64,000 nt of DNA from an uncultured Elusimicrobia bacterium (GCA_964482515.1 CAYZXT010000006.1:28521-92520); one strand, 5' to 3'. Shown: positions 19,854-29,738, numbered from the stretch's first letter. Numbers and translations are program-made. The notes: generated by a model from the letters alone, not told the origin.

Positions 19854-19994
19854 GCCAACAAGTATATAGGGGGTGGATAAAATCCGCCTTATTCATTAGT
19901 AACATATGTGTAAATTTTATAATGACGTTACCGTCGGAGACAGTCCCGACCGCCCTCTGGGACCGGATGAAAATGTCTCTATTTTATAGCTCGT
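19854..19994 (-). promoter_or_regulatory. AT-rich spacer upstream of the giant gene (probable promoter region)
   Basis: About 140 bp of AT-rich sequence between the glcF-like stop and the giant-gene ATG, contrasting with 62-65% GC flanks. It carries several TATAAT-like hexamers (tataaaat, ttataat). Confidence 0.35.
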
Positions 19995-21299
19995 TTATTG
20001 TTTGGTTCGCGGGGAAAGATATTCGGCCAAATGAAGGGTCTTAATTTTGGATTTAGCGCGGCGCAGGCCGAACCGGACCTGGAGCAGGCAGGAGATGCTG
20101 GAGGTGAGAACGTAGTCCGCCCCAGTCGAAAGGATGTTCTTGGTCTTGCGGTCCAGCACCGCGCGGGAAATCTCCGGGTGGACGAAACTGTAGGTCCCCC
20201 CGCCGCCGCAGCATTGCTCCGCTTCGGGCAACTCCCGGTAATCGATGTTCGCGGACCGGGCGAGGATCTGCCGCGGCGGATCGACGATCTTCTGGGCGTA
20301 GCGCGCCTTGCAGGGGTCGTGGTAGGTGACTTTGTTGTTTTGTTCAAGCGCCGGCGACCGAAGGCCTTTTTCCAAAAACCATTCGCTGAGGTCGCGCGTG
20401 CGCCGTGAAACGGTTTCCGCCCGGCGCAGCCAGTCGGGTTCGCCGTCGAACAACTGCGGATATTCTTTGATTGTCGAGGAGCAGGAGGAATCATCCACCA
20501 GGATGATCGCTTTCGGATATTTCTCCAACTCGACGATGTTCTTGCGGGCCATGGCCCGCGCCGCGTCGAGGTCGCCGTAGCTGACGCCCGGCATGCCGCA
20601 GCAAACGTTGTCGGCGCAGCCGGACTTGAAACCCGCCGAGCGTATGATCCGCGCGGTGGCCTCGCCCACCTGCGGCATGATGAAGTTCGATCCGCAGGCG
20701 ACGAACTGAATGATTTCCGCGTCCGGCGGAGGCGTTGCGTCGCCAAGCCTGTCGCGTAAGAACGTCGAAGGGACTTCCTCCGCCAGTTCTTCCGCGTCCG
20801 CGAGTTTGGGGCTGATCATCCGCAGCAAACCGGCGCGGTTCATCCAGCGGCTGACGCCCAGGCGCTTGCCGATAAACAGAATTTTCAGGAACGGCTCGAA
20901 CACCTTCGGCCGCGGCAGCAGGACGCGCAGGACGAACTTCAGGAACAGCGGCTGGCCGTGCTTCTCCGTGATCTTTTCCCGGGCCGCCACCATCAGCTTC
21001 GCCGTGGGAACCTCGGAAAAACACACCGACGTGCAGATGCCGCAGAGCAAACAGGTGGAGAAAAGCTTTTCCGCCTCGGCCGGGTCCGCGAGGCGGCCTT
21101 CCAGCACCGCGCGAAACGCCTGGTTCCGCCCGCGCGGCGACAGACCCTCGTCGCCCGTGGCCAGATAGGTCGGGCAGAACGACGTGCAGAAGCCGCAGCG
21201 GTTGCAGTGCATCGCGTCCGCGTAGTAGGCCTTGTCGGCCGGGCGGTTCAAAGCCGCCGGGCGGGAGATGAGGTCGATCTTTGACGGTTCGTCGGGCAT
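19995..21299 (-). CDS. glcF: glycolate oxidase iron-sulfur subunit GlcF-like (Fe-S)-binding protein with CCG domains
   Basis: Two 4Fe-4S ferredoxin-type Cys clusters (CNRCGFCTSFCP, CLLCGICTSVC) and two cysteine-rich CCG motifs (DPCKARY..., EQCCGGGG). Confidence 0.82.
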   Translation of the reverse strand: MPDEPSKIDLISRPAALNRPADKAYYADAMHCNRCGFCTSFCPTYLATGDEGLSPRGRNQAFRAVLEGRLADPAEAEKLFSTCLLCGICTSVCFSEVPTAKLMVAAREKITEKHGQPLFLKFVLRVLLPRPKVFEPFLKILFIGKRLGVSRWMNRAGLLRMISPKLADAEELAEEVPSTFLRDRLGDATPPPDAEIIQFVACGSNFIMPQVGEATARIIRSAGFKSGCADNVCCGMPGVSYGDLDAARAMARKNIVELEKYPKAIILVDDSSCSSTIKEYPQLFDGEPDWLRRAETVSRRTRDLSEWFLEKGLRSPALEQNNKVTYHDPCKARYAQKIVDPPRQILARSANIDYRELPEAEQCCGGGGTYSFVHPEISRAVLDRKTKNILSTGADYVLTSSISCLLQVRFGLRRAKSKIKTLHLAEYLSPRTKQ

Positions 21300-21300
21300 A

Positions 21301-23319
21301 TCAGGCGAAGATCGTCGGATTCAGGATGTTCCCGGGATCGCAGACGGCCTTCACGCGGCGGTGCAGTTCCGTCGGAACGAAGGGCCTCGGGTGGGGATCC
21401 AGTTCGAGCTTGTCCGCCGGAAAGGGCCAGAGGCGGAGCGTGACTTGGACGATGACGCCCAGGGTCCCCCAGGCGCCGAGGAAAAGCTTTTGCGCGTCGT
21501 ATCCCGCCACGTTCTTCATGACCTTGGCGCCCAGGTCGAGCAGTTCCCCTCCGGGCAGGACGACCTTCAGGCCGATGACCTGGTCCCGCAGGGACGGCGC
21601 GCGGCTTGAGCGCGTGGACAGGATTCCGCCCAGCGATCCGTGTCCGCCCAGGTGGAGATATTGCCCGGCGGATTTCAGGACGGCGGCCAGCTCGACGGGC
21701 GAAGCGCCCGCCTCCACGGTCAGAGTGAAATTGGATCTGTCGTGGTCGACGACCCGCGTCAGCGCGTCCGTCTTGAGCGTGAAGGCCCCCTCCGGGACGA
21801 GGAGCTTCTTGGTGCCGACGCCTTGGACGTAGAGGGGACGCTTTTGCTTCTCCGCGGTGAAAAGGATGTCGCGCAGGTCGTCCAGCTTCACGGGCCGCAG
21901 GCCCCCGCGCTCGGGAAGGGGTCCGGATTTCCAGGGAACCGATTTTTCCCCCTTCGCGTCGGGGATCAGTTTCTCGGGGTTGCAAAAATTATCCGGATCG
22001 AAGGCGCGTTTCAAGCCGCGGAAGAAATGCAGCGTGCTCGGCGTGAATAGCCAGCGCATGGCCTCGCGCTTGTCGATGCCGATGCCGTGTTCCCCGGAGA
22101 TGCTGCCGCCCAGGTCCACGCAGACCTTGAGCATTTCATACCCCGCGGCCTTGACCCGCCGCGTCTCCTCGACGTCGCGCTCGTCGAAAACGATGTTGGG
22201 ATGGAGGTTGCCGTCGCCGGCGTGGGCGATCAGGCCCATGCGCAATTTCTCCCGCGCCGCGATGGCGCGGATGCGCCGCACCGCTTCGGGCAGGAGCTGC
22301 CGCGGCACCACGCCGTCCTCGACCAGGACGTTGGGGCCGAGGCGCGCCATGGCCGGGTAGGAGCCGCGCCGACCCTCCCAGAGTTTCTCGCGTTCCGCCT
22401 CGTCTTTGGCCTGGCGGATTTCCCCGCAATCGTTCTTCCGGCAGATCTCCCGGATTTTCTCCACGGCGCGGGCCGTCGCCGCTTTGTCGCCGTCCACTTC
22501 AATCAACAACACCGCTTCGGCGTCCAGCGGATATCCGGCGTGGACAAAAGCTTCCACCGCCGCGATGGTCGTCCGGTCCATGATCTCCAACGTGGTCGGG
22601 ATGATCCCGGCGGTCACGATGTCCGTCACGGTCTGCACCGCGGCCTCCATCATGAAAAATGAAACCAGCAGCGTTTGCACGTCTTCCGGAACGGGAAGGA
22701 GCTTCACTTCGATCTTCGTGACGATCCCCAGCGTGCCCTCGGAGCCGACGAATAGCCCCGTCAAGTCGGGCCCGGGATCGTCGATCGACACTTTCACCAT
22801 TTCCCCGTCGGGAAGGACGACCTCAAGGCCGGTAACGTGGTGTGTGGTGACGCCGTACTTCAGGCAATGGGGGCCGCCCGCATTGGTGCCGACGTTGCCG
22901 CCGAGGGTCGAGGCTTTCTGGCTGGCGGGGTCCGGCGCGTAGAACAACCCCAGCGGCGCCAGTTCCTTCTGCAAATGGAGGTTGATCACGCCCGGCTCCA
23001 CCCAGGCGCGACGCCGCTCTTTGTCGATGGAGATGATTTTATTCAGCCGCGCCAAGTGGATGACCACGCCGTTCTCTTTCGGGATCGCGCCGCCGCAAAG
23101 GTTTGTGCCCGCGCCGCGCGCCACGAAGGGGACGCCCGCGTCGTGGGCCGCCTTCACCACAGCCGCGACCTGCTCCGCGCTGCGCGGCAGGGCCACGGCG
23201 CCTGGCAGGGTCTTGTCCACCGCGCCATCGTAGGAATAGACGAACATCGAGGCGGGATCGGTCAGGAGGCCGTCGGGGTCCAGAATGCTTTTGAGTTGTT
23301 TGAGCAGCGCGTCATTCAC
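21301..23319 (-). CDS. glcD: FAD-linked oxidase, GlcD-like with a C-terminal GlcE-like extension (glycolate/D-lactate oxidase family)
   Basis: FAD-binding PCMH-type region (ARGAGTNLCGGAIP, GVTTHHVTGLEVVLPDG, GSEGTLGIVT) and GlcD C-terminal region (GGSISGEHGIGIDKREAM). An extra about 170 aa resemble GlcE. It sits 1 nt from the glcF-like gene. Confidence 0.82.
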   Translation of the reverse strand: MNDALLKQLKSILDPDGLLTDPASMFVYSYDGAVDKTLPGAVALPRSAEQVAAVVKAAHDAGVPFVARGAGTNLCGGAIPKENGVVIHLARLNKIISIDKERRRAWVEPGVINLHLQKELAPLGLFYAPDPASQKASTLGGNVGTNAGGPHCLKYGVTTHHVTGLEVVLPDGEMVKVSIDDPGPDLTGLFVGSEGTLGIVTKIEVKLLPVPEDVQTLLVSFFMMEAAVQTVTDIVTAGIIPTTLEIMDRTTIAAVEAFVHAGYPLDAEAVLLIEVDGDKAATARAVEKIREICRKNDCGEIRQAKDEAEREKLWEGRRGSYPAMARLGPNVLVEDGVVPRQLLPEAVRRIRAIAAREKLRMGLIAHAGDGNLHPNIVFDERDVEETRRVKAAGYEMLKVCVDLGGSISGEHGIGIDKREAMRWLFTPSTLHFFRGLKRAFDPDNFCNPEKLIPDAKGEKSVPWKSGPLPERGGLRPVKLDDLRDILFTAEKQKRPLYVQGVGTKKLLVPEGAFTLKTDALTRVVDHDRSNFTLTVEAGASPVELAAVLKSAGQYLHLGGHGSLGGILSTRSSRAPSLRDQVIGLKVVLPGGELLDLGAKVMKNVAGYDAQKLFLGAWGTLGVIVQVTLRLWPFPADKLELDPHPRPFVPTELHRRVKAVCDPGNILNPTIFA

Positions 23320-25516
23320 GAGGGGGATATTCTAGCGGTTTTGCGAGCAAATTACATTCGGCGGTTTTACCGTCGGTCCGCCATTCGACGGAGCCGTCGC
23401 GGCCCGTCACGAAAACCCGCGACCCGGGGAGCGCCGCCCCCGCCTCCCGGGACAACTCTTTCGAGGACGAAACGATCCAACGGGGATTCGCGTCGGCCAG
23501 GAAATTCTCGTCCACCTCGCCCGCGCCGTGTCCCGGCGACTGGAGGACGGACAGCGGCTCCAGCAGAAGGGCCGCTATTTTCTTTTGCGCGCGCGGCGAA
23601 AGATCGTTGGCGAAGAGGGCCGTTTGGCCGCCGAGCGTGGCGGTCAAAGCGATCGACGGCAGGGCGCGCCACTCGACGGAATCTTCGATCCACGCCTTTC
23701 CCGTCGCAAGGAAGCGGACCGGGATTTTCTTTTTCTGGAGGACCTTCCTAAGTTCCTTCATTTGGAAATTCTCCCAAACGGACTCCGGGCAAAGGAACTC
23801 GTCCACGGGAAATTCGCCCAGGACAGCGGACAATCCCGGCGCGTGGCGTGCATCCGCCCGCGTCAGGATGACGCGATGCAGCATGGCCACGGCGCGGCGG
23901 CGCAGGAACGGAACCAGTTTATAGGTCCCGAAGTTCGCGCCCCCGCCGTTCACCAGCGTCACCCGCCCCGCCGGGCTGGTGACGACCTGCGCGTCGCCCG
24001 CGCCCGCGTCCAGCCAGACGACGGAGAGGCGGCCCGCTTCGGGCTTCGACCGCGCCGCGTACAGCGCGGGCAAGCCGCAGGCCCAAATCGCGACGACCAA
24101 AAGCCAATGCCGCCGGAAATCGGGGCGCGGCGATGCGCTTTCCTCCGACCGCGGATGGATCGCGCCCCACACCAGGAACGTCGCGACCACGATCACTGAG
24201 AGAAGGGCGGTCTGCAGGCCGTTCCAGGGCGGCGTCCATTCCGCGCCGGGGACCTTCGCGAACAGCTCCACCGCGCGCCAGAGGCCCAGCGCGGATTTGT
24301 CCGTCAGCCACGCGGTCCCCGCGGCCAGCCAGCCGAGTCCCGACAAGTTCATCAGGGCCAGAATGACGCCGAGCGCCAAACAAAATCCCGCCCAGGGAGC
24401 GGCCACCAGGTTCGCCAGCAAGCCGATCCAGCTGAAGCGGTGGAAATAATAGAGCAGCATGGGAGACAGGGCCAGCTGCGCCGCGAACCCGGTGAAGAAG
24501 ATCGCCGCGGTCCAACGAACCCAAAGGCTGCGGTGGCGGACCAGGGATTCCAGGGCCGGCAGGCCAAGCAGGATCCCGAGCGTTGCCGAATAGGACATCT
24601 GAAATCCGGCCTCGAACAGCGCCGAGGGCCGGAGCGCCAGCAGGAGTCCCGCGGAAAGCGCCAACGCCTGGGCCAGCCGGTCCTCCCGCTCGATCAGCAG
24701 CGCGATCAAACCGAAGGTGACCATGACCGCGGCGCGGGTCACCGGGGGGTCCATGCCCGCCATGCCGGTGTAGATCCAGGCGCAGGGGATCGCGCCGACC
24801 AGGACCACCGCGCGCGGCAGACCCAGCATCCACCAGGCCGCCAGCGCCCAGAGCCCGATGATGAATCCCACGTTGGAGCCAGAGGCGACCAACAAGTGGT
24901 AGGTCCCGCTGCGGCGGAAGTCCCGGTCCATGTCCGGAAAACCCGCGGGCTTTTTACCGAGCACCAAACCTGAAACCAGTTCCGCGGCCGGGCGGCTCAA
25001 GCGGCGGCGGTAGACCTTCAAACAATTTCGGCGTAAGAAACTCAGCCAGCGTTTGGGAGACGACGCCGGCGCCTTCTCCAGCAGCCACCCCTTCTCCCGG
25101 GCCGCCAGCTTGGAAAAAATCCCGCGGCGCGCCCAGAAAGTCCGCGCGTCGAAGGACCCGGGGACCGTCGCCTGGGGGAACGGCGAGAGTTTTCCCCGCA
25201 GGACAATCCGGTCTCCCCAGCCCGCGCCGTAGGGAAGCCGCTGAGCCTGGACGAGAATCCTTCCCGACACCTCCGCGGGAACGCCGTATTCGGGCGTTAT
25301 CTTCTCCGCCCGGAGGACGAAGCGGATGAAGCCGCGGCCGTAATCCGGGTCCCGATCCAGGCGGCCGACGACCCGCACGTTTTGTCCGGCGGCGAAGCGG
25401 TGCGGATCGCGCGGGCCGGGCGCGGGTTCCCATCCGCGGAAACGGCTGAAGGACAGAAAGGCCATGTAGAGGAGGACCAGCCCGATGAGCGGGCGGCGGA
25501 GAACGTAGGGACGCAA
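23312..25516 (-). CDS. comEC: DNA internalization-related competence protein ComEC/Rec2
   Basis: Polytopic competence domain plus a C-terminal metallo-beta-lactamase-like region (VVWLDAGAGDAQVV...). The length and architecture match ComEC. Its stop overlaps the glcD-like start by 8 nt. Confidence 0.82.
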   Translation of the reverse strand: MRPYVLRRPLIGLVLLYMAFLSFSRFRGWEPAPGPRDPHRFAAGQNVRVVGRLDRDPDYGRGFIRFVLRAEKITPEYGVPAEVSGRILVQAQRLPYGAGWGDRIVLRGKLSPFPQATVPGSFDARTFWARRGIFSKLAAREKGWLLEKAPASSPKRWLSFLRRNCLKVYRRRLSRPAAELVSGLVLGKKPAGFPDMDRDFRRSGTYHLLVASGSNVGFIIGLWALAAWWMLGLPRAVVLVGAIPCAWIYTGMAGMDPPVTRAAVMVTFGLIALLIEREDRLAQALALSAGLLLALRPSALFEAGFQMSYSATLGILLGLPALESLVRHRSLWVRWTAAIFFTGFAAQLALSPMLLYYFHRFSWIGLLANLVAAPWAGFCLALGVILALMNLSGLGWLAAGTAWLTDKSALGLWRAVELFAKVPGAEWTPPWNGLQTALLSVIVVATFLVWGAIHPRSEESASPRPDFRRHWLLVVAIWACGLPALYAARSKPEAGRLSVVWLDAGAGDAQVVTSPAGRVTLVNGGGANFGTYKLVPFLRRRAVAMLHRVILTRADARHAPGLSAVLGEFPVDEFLCPESVWENFQMKELRKVLQKKKIPVRFLATGKAWIEDSVEWRALPSIALTATLGGQTALFANDLSPRAQKKIAALLLEPLSVLQSPGHGAGEVDENFLADANPRWIVSSSKELSREAGAALPGSRVFVTGRDGSVEWRTDGKTAECNLLAKPLEYPPRE

Positions 25517-25614
25517 AGCGAACCTCTCGGCGGGGGTGAGGATGAAATTCGTCCTCCCGGTTTTCGCCGGAATGACGGATTAGTTTTGGGGTGTTGGGGT
25601 GGAACTGCGGAAAA

Positions 25615-26202
25615 TCAGGCTTTGAAACTGTTGGTGATGGAATCCACTTCCGTTTTGATTTCTTTCAAGCGGCTGACAAGCTCCGGCGAGACGGACTTTC
25701 CCTGCACGAGCTCGTTCAATGCCCTGGAAATCTTCTCCGCCAAGTGGCGGTCCTTGACGACGCGGCCCTGAAGCGATTCCAGCATGCGGTTGAATTCATC
25801 CTGTAAATCCATGAGTTCGTCGCCCTTGCGCAGGTGTACGCGGTAGGTCAGGTCGCCGCCGCCCACGACTTTGGCGGACTGTTCGAAGCGGTAGATGGGT
25901 CCGGCGAGTTTGTGAGAGAGGAAGACCGTCACCACGCCGACCACCACCAGATAGATCACCAGTTTGGCGAGGAGGACCTTGTTGTTATTGAGGAAGAGCT
26001 CGTAGAGCCCTGGGTCCATCAGGTCGCTGACGACGTCCCGGCCGAACAAATAGTAAATGTCCCCCATGATGAGGCAGACGGCCAGGAGGATGGAGATCAT
26101 GACGAGCAAAATGAACTTGGATTGAAGGCCCTTTTTGATGATCAGGGTGCCGCGTTTGATGCGTTTCATTTGGGTGAGCGGACGGACCTGGACGGATTCC
26201 AT
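25615..26202 (-). CDS. membrane protein with HAMP-like domain
   Basis: Two transmembrane segments flank a periplasmic stretch, followed by an amphipathic HAMP-like region (GPIYRFEQSAKVVGGGDLTYRV) and a coiled coil. Confidence 0.5.
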   Translation of the reverse strand: MESVQVRPLTQMKRIKRGTLIIKKGLQSKFILLVMISILLAVCLIMGDIYYLFGRDVVSDLMDPGLYELFLNNNKVLLAKLVIYLVVVGVVTVFLSHKLAGPIYRFEQSAKVVGGGDLTYRVHLRKGDELMDLQDEFNRMLESLQGRVVKDRHLAEKISRALNELVQGKSVSPELVSRLKEIKTEVDSITNSFKA

Positions 26203-26239
26203 AGAGTAAAACTAACAGAGGAACGGCGGTTTGTCAACG

Positions 26240-27253
26240 TCAAAACTTCCAGCGCGCCTGGACGCCGCCGACATCCCCCCGCATGAGAGGGGCGAGCTCA
26301 AGCTGAGCCTGTTTTCCTTCCGGGCGCGGAGCGCGGCCCCGGTTCACCGCGATCTTGGCGAACAAATATCCCATATAGATGGAAAGCGGGTAATCGCTGT
26401 ACCAATGGACGCCGTTGTTCACCATCTCATAGGCCAGGCCGGCCATCAGCGTGTACCCCACGGGGCGGATGAATTTATATTCGGGATAATTTTCCGCGAT
26501 CACCGTGGTGGTGATCAGGGCCGTGGGAAGATGTCCTGACGGGAAGGCGTCGTAATAGTTGGTGCGTTTGGCGTATTTCCGCTGGTTCGGGAAGAAACGC
26601 CAGCGCCCGCGCTTCTTCGACAGCGTGTTGGGATTTTCACGCCCGGTGGAATGCTTCAACGCCTGAACAACGATGCCGTTGGCGATGATGGCTTCGACCA
26701 ACTGGCTGGACGTCTGGAGCGCGCGGTAGTCGTCCTTCAACCACCCGTAGGTCAGGAAACTGCCCGCGATGGTGAAATGGGTGATGCCGTCTCCGAGGAA
26801 ATACAGCGCTGTCCCCAAGTTATAGGGGCCGCTGAGGCGGATCTTATAATCGACGCCGGGGACGGTCGTTTTAAAAAAAGGTTTTTGCACGCCGCTGTGG
26901 GAAACGCTCCATTTGTCCCCCAACTTCCAGCTGTTCTCAAACAGGTATTGGTCGTAGGAGATGAGCAGCACCGTGCTTGCCGTCACCGCGGCCAGGGGCC
27001 AGAGGCTGTCCTTGCTGACGGTGAACCTCCAGAACTTTTTCTGGTCGTCCACCTGGTACTTCAGCCAGGAAAAGACGCGGGGCTTTTCGTAGACATAACC
27101 GCCGTGGACTTGCGTGGCCGTCGATGAAAAAACGCCGGCCGCCGCTCCAGTGGAAGAAGACAGGTCGGACGGGACCGTTTCCTCCGCACGCAACGGGAGG
27201 CGCATCCGTCCTAACAAAAGCCCCATGAAGAGGAACGTCATTTTCCTGTTCAT
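26240..27253 (-). CDS. PAP2-family phosphatase (second of tandem pair)
   Basis: PAP2 signature motifs: PSGHLPTAL and NGVHWYSDYPLS (SR...H...D). Signal/transmembrane N-terminus MNRKMTFLFMGLLLG. Its start overlaps the upstream stop (TGATG). Confidence 0.7.
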   Translation of the reverse strand: MNRKMTFLFMGLLLGRMRLPLRAEETVPSDLSSSTGAAAGVFSSTATQVHGGYVYEKPRVFSWLKYQVDDQKKFWRFTVSKDSLWPLAAVTASTVLLISYDQYLFENSWKLGDKWSVSHSGVQKPFFKTTVPGVDYKIRLSGPYNLGTALYFLGDGITHFTIAGSFLTYGWLKDDYRALQTSSQLVEAIIANGIVVQALKHSTGRENPNTLSKKRGRWRFFPNQRKYAKRTNYYDAFPSGHLPTALITTTVIAENYPEYKFIRPVGYTLMAGLAYEMVNNGVHWYSDYPLSIYMGYLFAKIAVNRGRAPRPEGKQAQLELAPLMRGDVGGVQARWKF

Positions 27254-28029
27254 CAGAAACTCTGCGCGAAGTAAATCCCGCGACCGTCCGTATAAAGGCT
27301 CCTCATCCTGCCCGACCGCTTCTCCCATCGGGACACGCTTTTCCCCACCCACGTCCCGAGCAGCGCGCCCGCCACCACGTCGCTGGCCCAGTGGTTGTTT
27401 TGATAGATGCGGCCCACGCCCACCGTGGCGGCATAGCCGTAACTCAAGAAATCCACCCAGAAATTATCGTATTCGTCGGCGACGACCGAAGCCATGGCGA
27501 AGGCCGTGGTGGCGTGACCGGAGGGAAAAGACGCCCGGGAAGTCTTGCTGCCCCGGAAAGGCCGGTACTCGTCGGCGTCATCCCCGGTGTAGGGCCGGTT
27601 GCGGCCGACAAGCCCTTTCACGGCGAGGACCAGGAGCCCGCTCGCCACCGCGGCCTCGACGCCCGCCACGCCAACGCGTTTCGCCCGCTCGGAACCGGCG
27701 ATGGCGCCACCGGCGTAAATCAACCCGGACATGCCGATGGTGACGTGCGGTTCCCCTATCAGTTCCCCGATGGTTCCGCGCCGGCCGAAACGTCCGGTAC
27801 CTAGGATTTTGTCGATGCTGTTATTACCGTGCGTGCTGACTTCCCTGTGAACGGACCGATCGACCAGGAGCGTCGCCCCTACCAATCCGCCCGCCGCGGC
27901 CCAGGGAACCCAGGAAGGAACGGCCTTCGCCGGCGCGGGTTCCTCCGCGCGCAGCCCCGCCGATGAAATGAAAAGCGCGGCACATAAAACCATCGCCGCG
28001 CGATGCTGAAACCTGTTCCCATCCCCCAT
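27253..28029 (-). CDS. PAP2-family phosphatase (first of tandem pair)
   Basis: KGLVGRNRPY (KxxxxxxRP), PSGHATTAF (PSGH), GRIYQNNHWASDVVAG (SRxxxxxHxxxD-like). Signal-like N-terminus. The start could also be 27993. Confidence 0.72.
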   Translation of the reverse strand: MGDGNRFQHRAAMVLCAALFISSAGLRAEEPAPAKAVPSWVPWAAAGGLVGATLLVDRSVHREVSTHGNNSIDKILGTGRFGRRGTIGELIGEPHVTIGMSGLIYAGGAIAGSERAKRVGVAGVEAAVASGLLVLAVKGLVGRNRPYTGDDADEYRPFRGSKTSRASFPSGHATTAFAMASVVADEYDNFWVDFLSYGYAATVGVGRIYQNNHWASDVVAGALLGTWVGKSVSRWEKRSGRMRSLYTDGRGIYFAQSF

Positions 28030-28031
28030 TA

Positions 28032-28652
28032 TTATTTCCCCCTGCGGTCCCTCGCCCAATCCCGCAGGGCATGGAAGGTGCTGCGGAAAGCCAGGCCCTC
28101 CCACGGGATCTCCTCCGGATAAAAAGCCTTTACGCTCATGGTTTCGTGTCCCGCCCGGGGCGCCGGGCCAAACACTTCACCGCGGTAGACCACCGTCACC
28201 ACGCCCGCGTCCTTATAGGAATAGACGCCGTGCAGCCCCGCCAGCCGGACTTTGGCGCGGATTTCCTCCCGGGTTTCGCGAACGGCGCCCTGCTCGACGG
28301 TCTCGCCCAGTTCCAGGTACCCGCCGGGGATGGCCCATTTCCCCCGCGCCGGCTCGATGTCGCGGCGGAGCAGATAAACTTTTTCGCCCCGCGTCGGGAT
28401 CACGGCCACGACGATGTGCGGGTTTTGATAGGCCACGAACTTGCACGTTTGGCAGACCAACCGGTTGTTGCGCTCGGCTTTCAGATAGGTGGCGACCAGC
28501 GGGCCGGCGCATTTGTGGCAGAACTTCACGCGGGCCACGGCGTATTTGTACCAAGTCGGGGGCATGGGGCGCGCGCGGAACCTCTCCATGATCTTCCGCT
28601 CCAGGGCGGGCGTGAGGAGGAAGGCGGACTTAACGCGCGGGCGCTTGGTCAT
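28032..28652 (-). CDS. NUDIX hydrolase with N-terminal zinc-ribbon
   Basis: Nudix box GGYLELGETVEQGAVRETREE and N-terminal CHKC...CQTC. Confidence 0.75.
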   Translation of the reverse strand: MTKRPRVKSAFLLTPALERKIMERFRARPMPPTWYKYAVARVKFCHKCAGPLVATYLKAERNNRLVCQTCKFVAYQNPHIVVAVIPTRGEKVYLLRRDIEPARGKWAIPGGYLELGETVEQGAVRETREEIRAKVRLAGLHGVYSYKDAGVVTVVYRGEVFGPAPRAGHETMSVKAFYPEEIPWEGLAFRSTFHALRDWARDRRGK

Positions 28653-29046
28653 GGAGTTGGATTAGGAAAATGCGGTCCGGCGTGAAGGGGACCTTGACCG
28701 GGCCCGGGTGGCCGCGGCCGTCCAGGTCGTCCAGGTCGGCGGCGACGATCTCCCGCAAACTATGATTAAAGTTATCGCGAAGTTGTTTCAAATCGATCCC
28801 CTGGAAAAAATCGCCGTAGGGCGACAACAGCTGGATCCCTGTGTCGTGGAGGATGCGCGCGCCGCGCAGGTTGCCGTTCCGGAAATGGTGCAGCGACGAC
28901 GTCACCTGGATGAGCCCCCGGTAAAAATCCTTGGACGAATCGTGGGTGTCGTGCCAAAGCGCTTCCCAATCTTCGTGCGCCTCGAAGTAATCCTGCCGGT
29001 TGAAATACTCGATGCCCTTGAGATAGCGTGGATCGTAATCGGCCAC
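28630..29046 (-). CDS. DUF309 domain protein
   Basis: FNRQDYFEAHEDWEALW signature of the DUF309 family. Confidence 0.6.
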   Translation of the reverse strand: MADYDPRYLKGIEYFNRQDYFEAHEDWEALWHDTHDSSKDFYRGLIQVTSSLHHFRNGNLRGARILHDTGIQLLSPYGDFFQGIDLKQLRDNFNHSLREIVAADLDDLDGRGHPGPVKVPFTPDRIFLIQLHDQAPAR

Positions 29047-29047
29047 T

Positions 29048-29698
29048 TTATTTCTTCTTGGCGAAGGCGGGGAATTTGAAGGCCGCCGGGCATAATTTGT
29101 TCACCGGGCATTCCGGGCAAAGCGGCGTCGGGGCCTTGCAGATTTGCCGCCCATGGGTGATGATGGCGTGGGAATACCAGATCCAATCTTTCTGCGGGAC
29201 GACCTTCATCAGGTCCTGCTCGATCTTCACCGGGTCCGAATGCTTGGTGAACCCCAGCCGGCCGGAAACGCGCCGCACGTGCGTATCCACCACCACGCCG
29301 AGCGCGATGCCGTAGGCCACTCCCAGAACAACGTTGGCGGTCTTGCGGGCGACGCCACGCAGCTTCAGCAATTCCTCCATGGTCTTGGGCACCCGGCCGC
29401 CGTGGGTCTCCGCGACCGCGCGGCTCGTCAGCACGACGGACATGGCCTTGCTGTGATAGAAACCCGTTGAGCGGATGATGTTTTCCACGTCGGGCAGAGG
29501 CGCCGTGCCGAGGGCCTTGGGCGTGGGATATTTTTTGAAGAGGGCGGGAGTCACCATGTTGACGCGGACGTCGGTGCATTGGGCGGACAGGATCGTGGCG
29601 ACCAGCAGCTCCCAGGCGTTGCGGTGCGTCAGCGCGCATTCCGCACCGGGATAGGCCTTCTTGAGGATCGACAGAATCTTGGCGGCGTTGGTCGACAT
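29048..29698 (-). CDS. nth: endonuclease III (DNA-(apurinic/apyrimidinic site) lyase)
   Basis: HhH-GPD motif (LPGVARKTANVVLGVAYG) and C-terminal 4Fe-4S cluster ligands CKAPTPLCPECPVNKLC. Collinear with Nth. Confidence 0.88.
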   Translation of the reverse strand: MSTNAAKILSILKKAYPGAECALTHRNAWELLVATILSAQCTDVRVNMVTPALFKKYPTPKALGTAPLPDVENIIRSTGFYHSKAMSVVLTSRAVAETHGGRVPKTMEELLKLRGVARKTANVVLGVAYGIALGVVVDTHVRRVSGRLGFTKHSDPVKIEQDLMKVVPQKDWIWYSHAIITHGRQICKAPTPLCPECPVNKLCPAAFKFPAFAKKK

Positions 29699-29738
29699 GG
29701 TCTGGGAACACTTCACCTGGGTTTTGTACAATGCTTCC

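Noticed and set aside
21248-21985. 245-aa and similar Arg/Pro-rich ORFs overlapping glcD/E, comEC and the sulfatase genes
   Set aside because: Alternative-frame artefacts of high-GC DNA.
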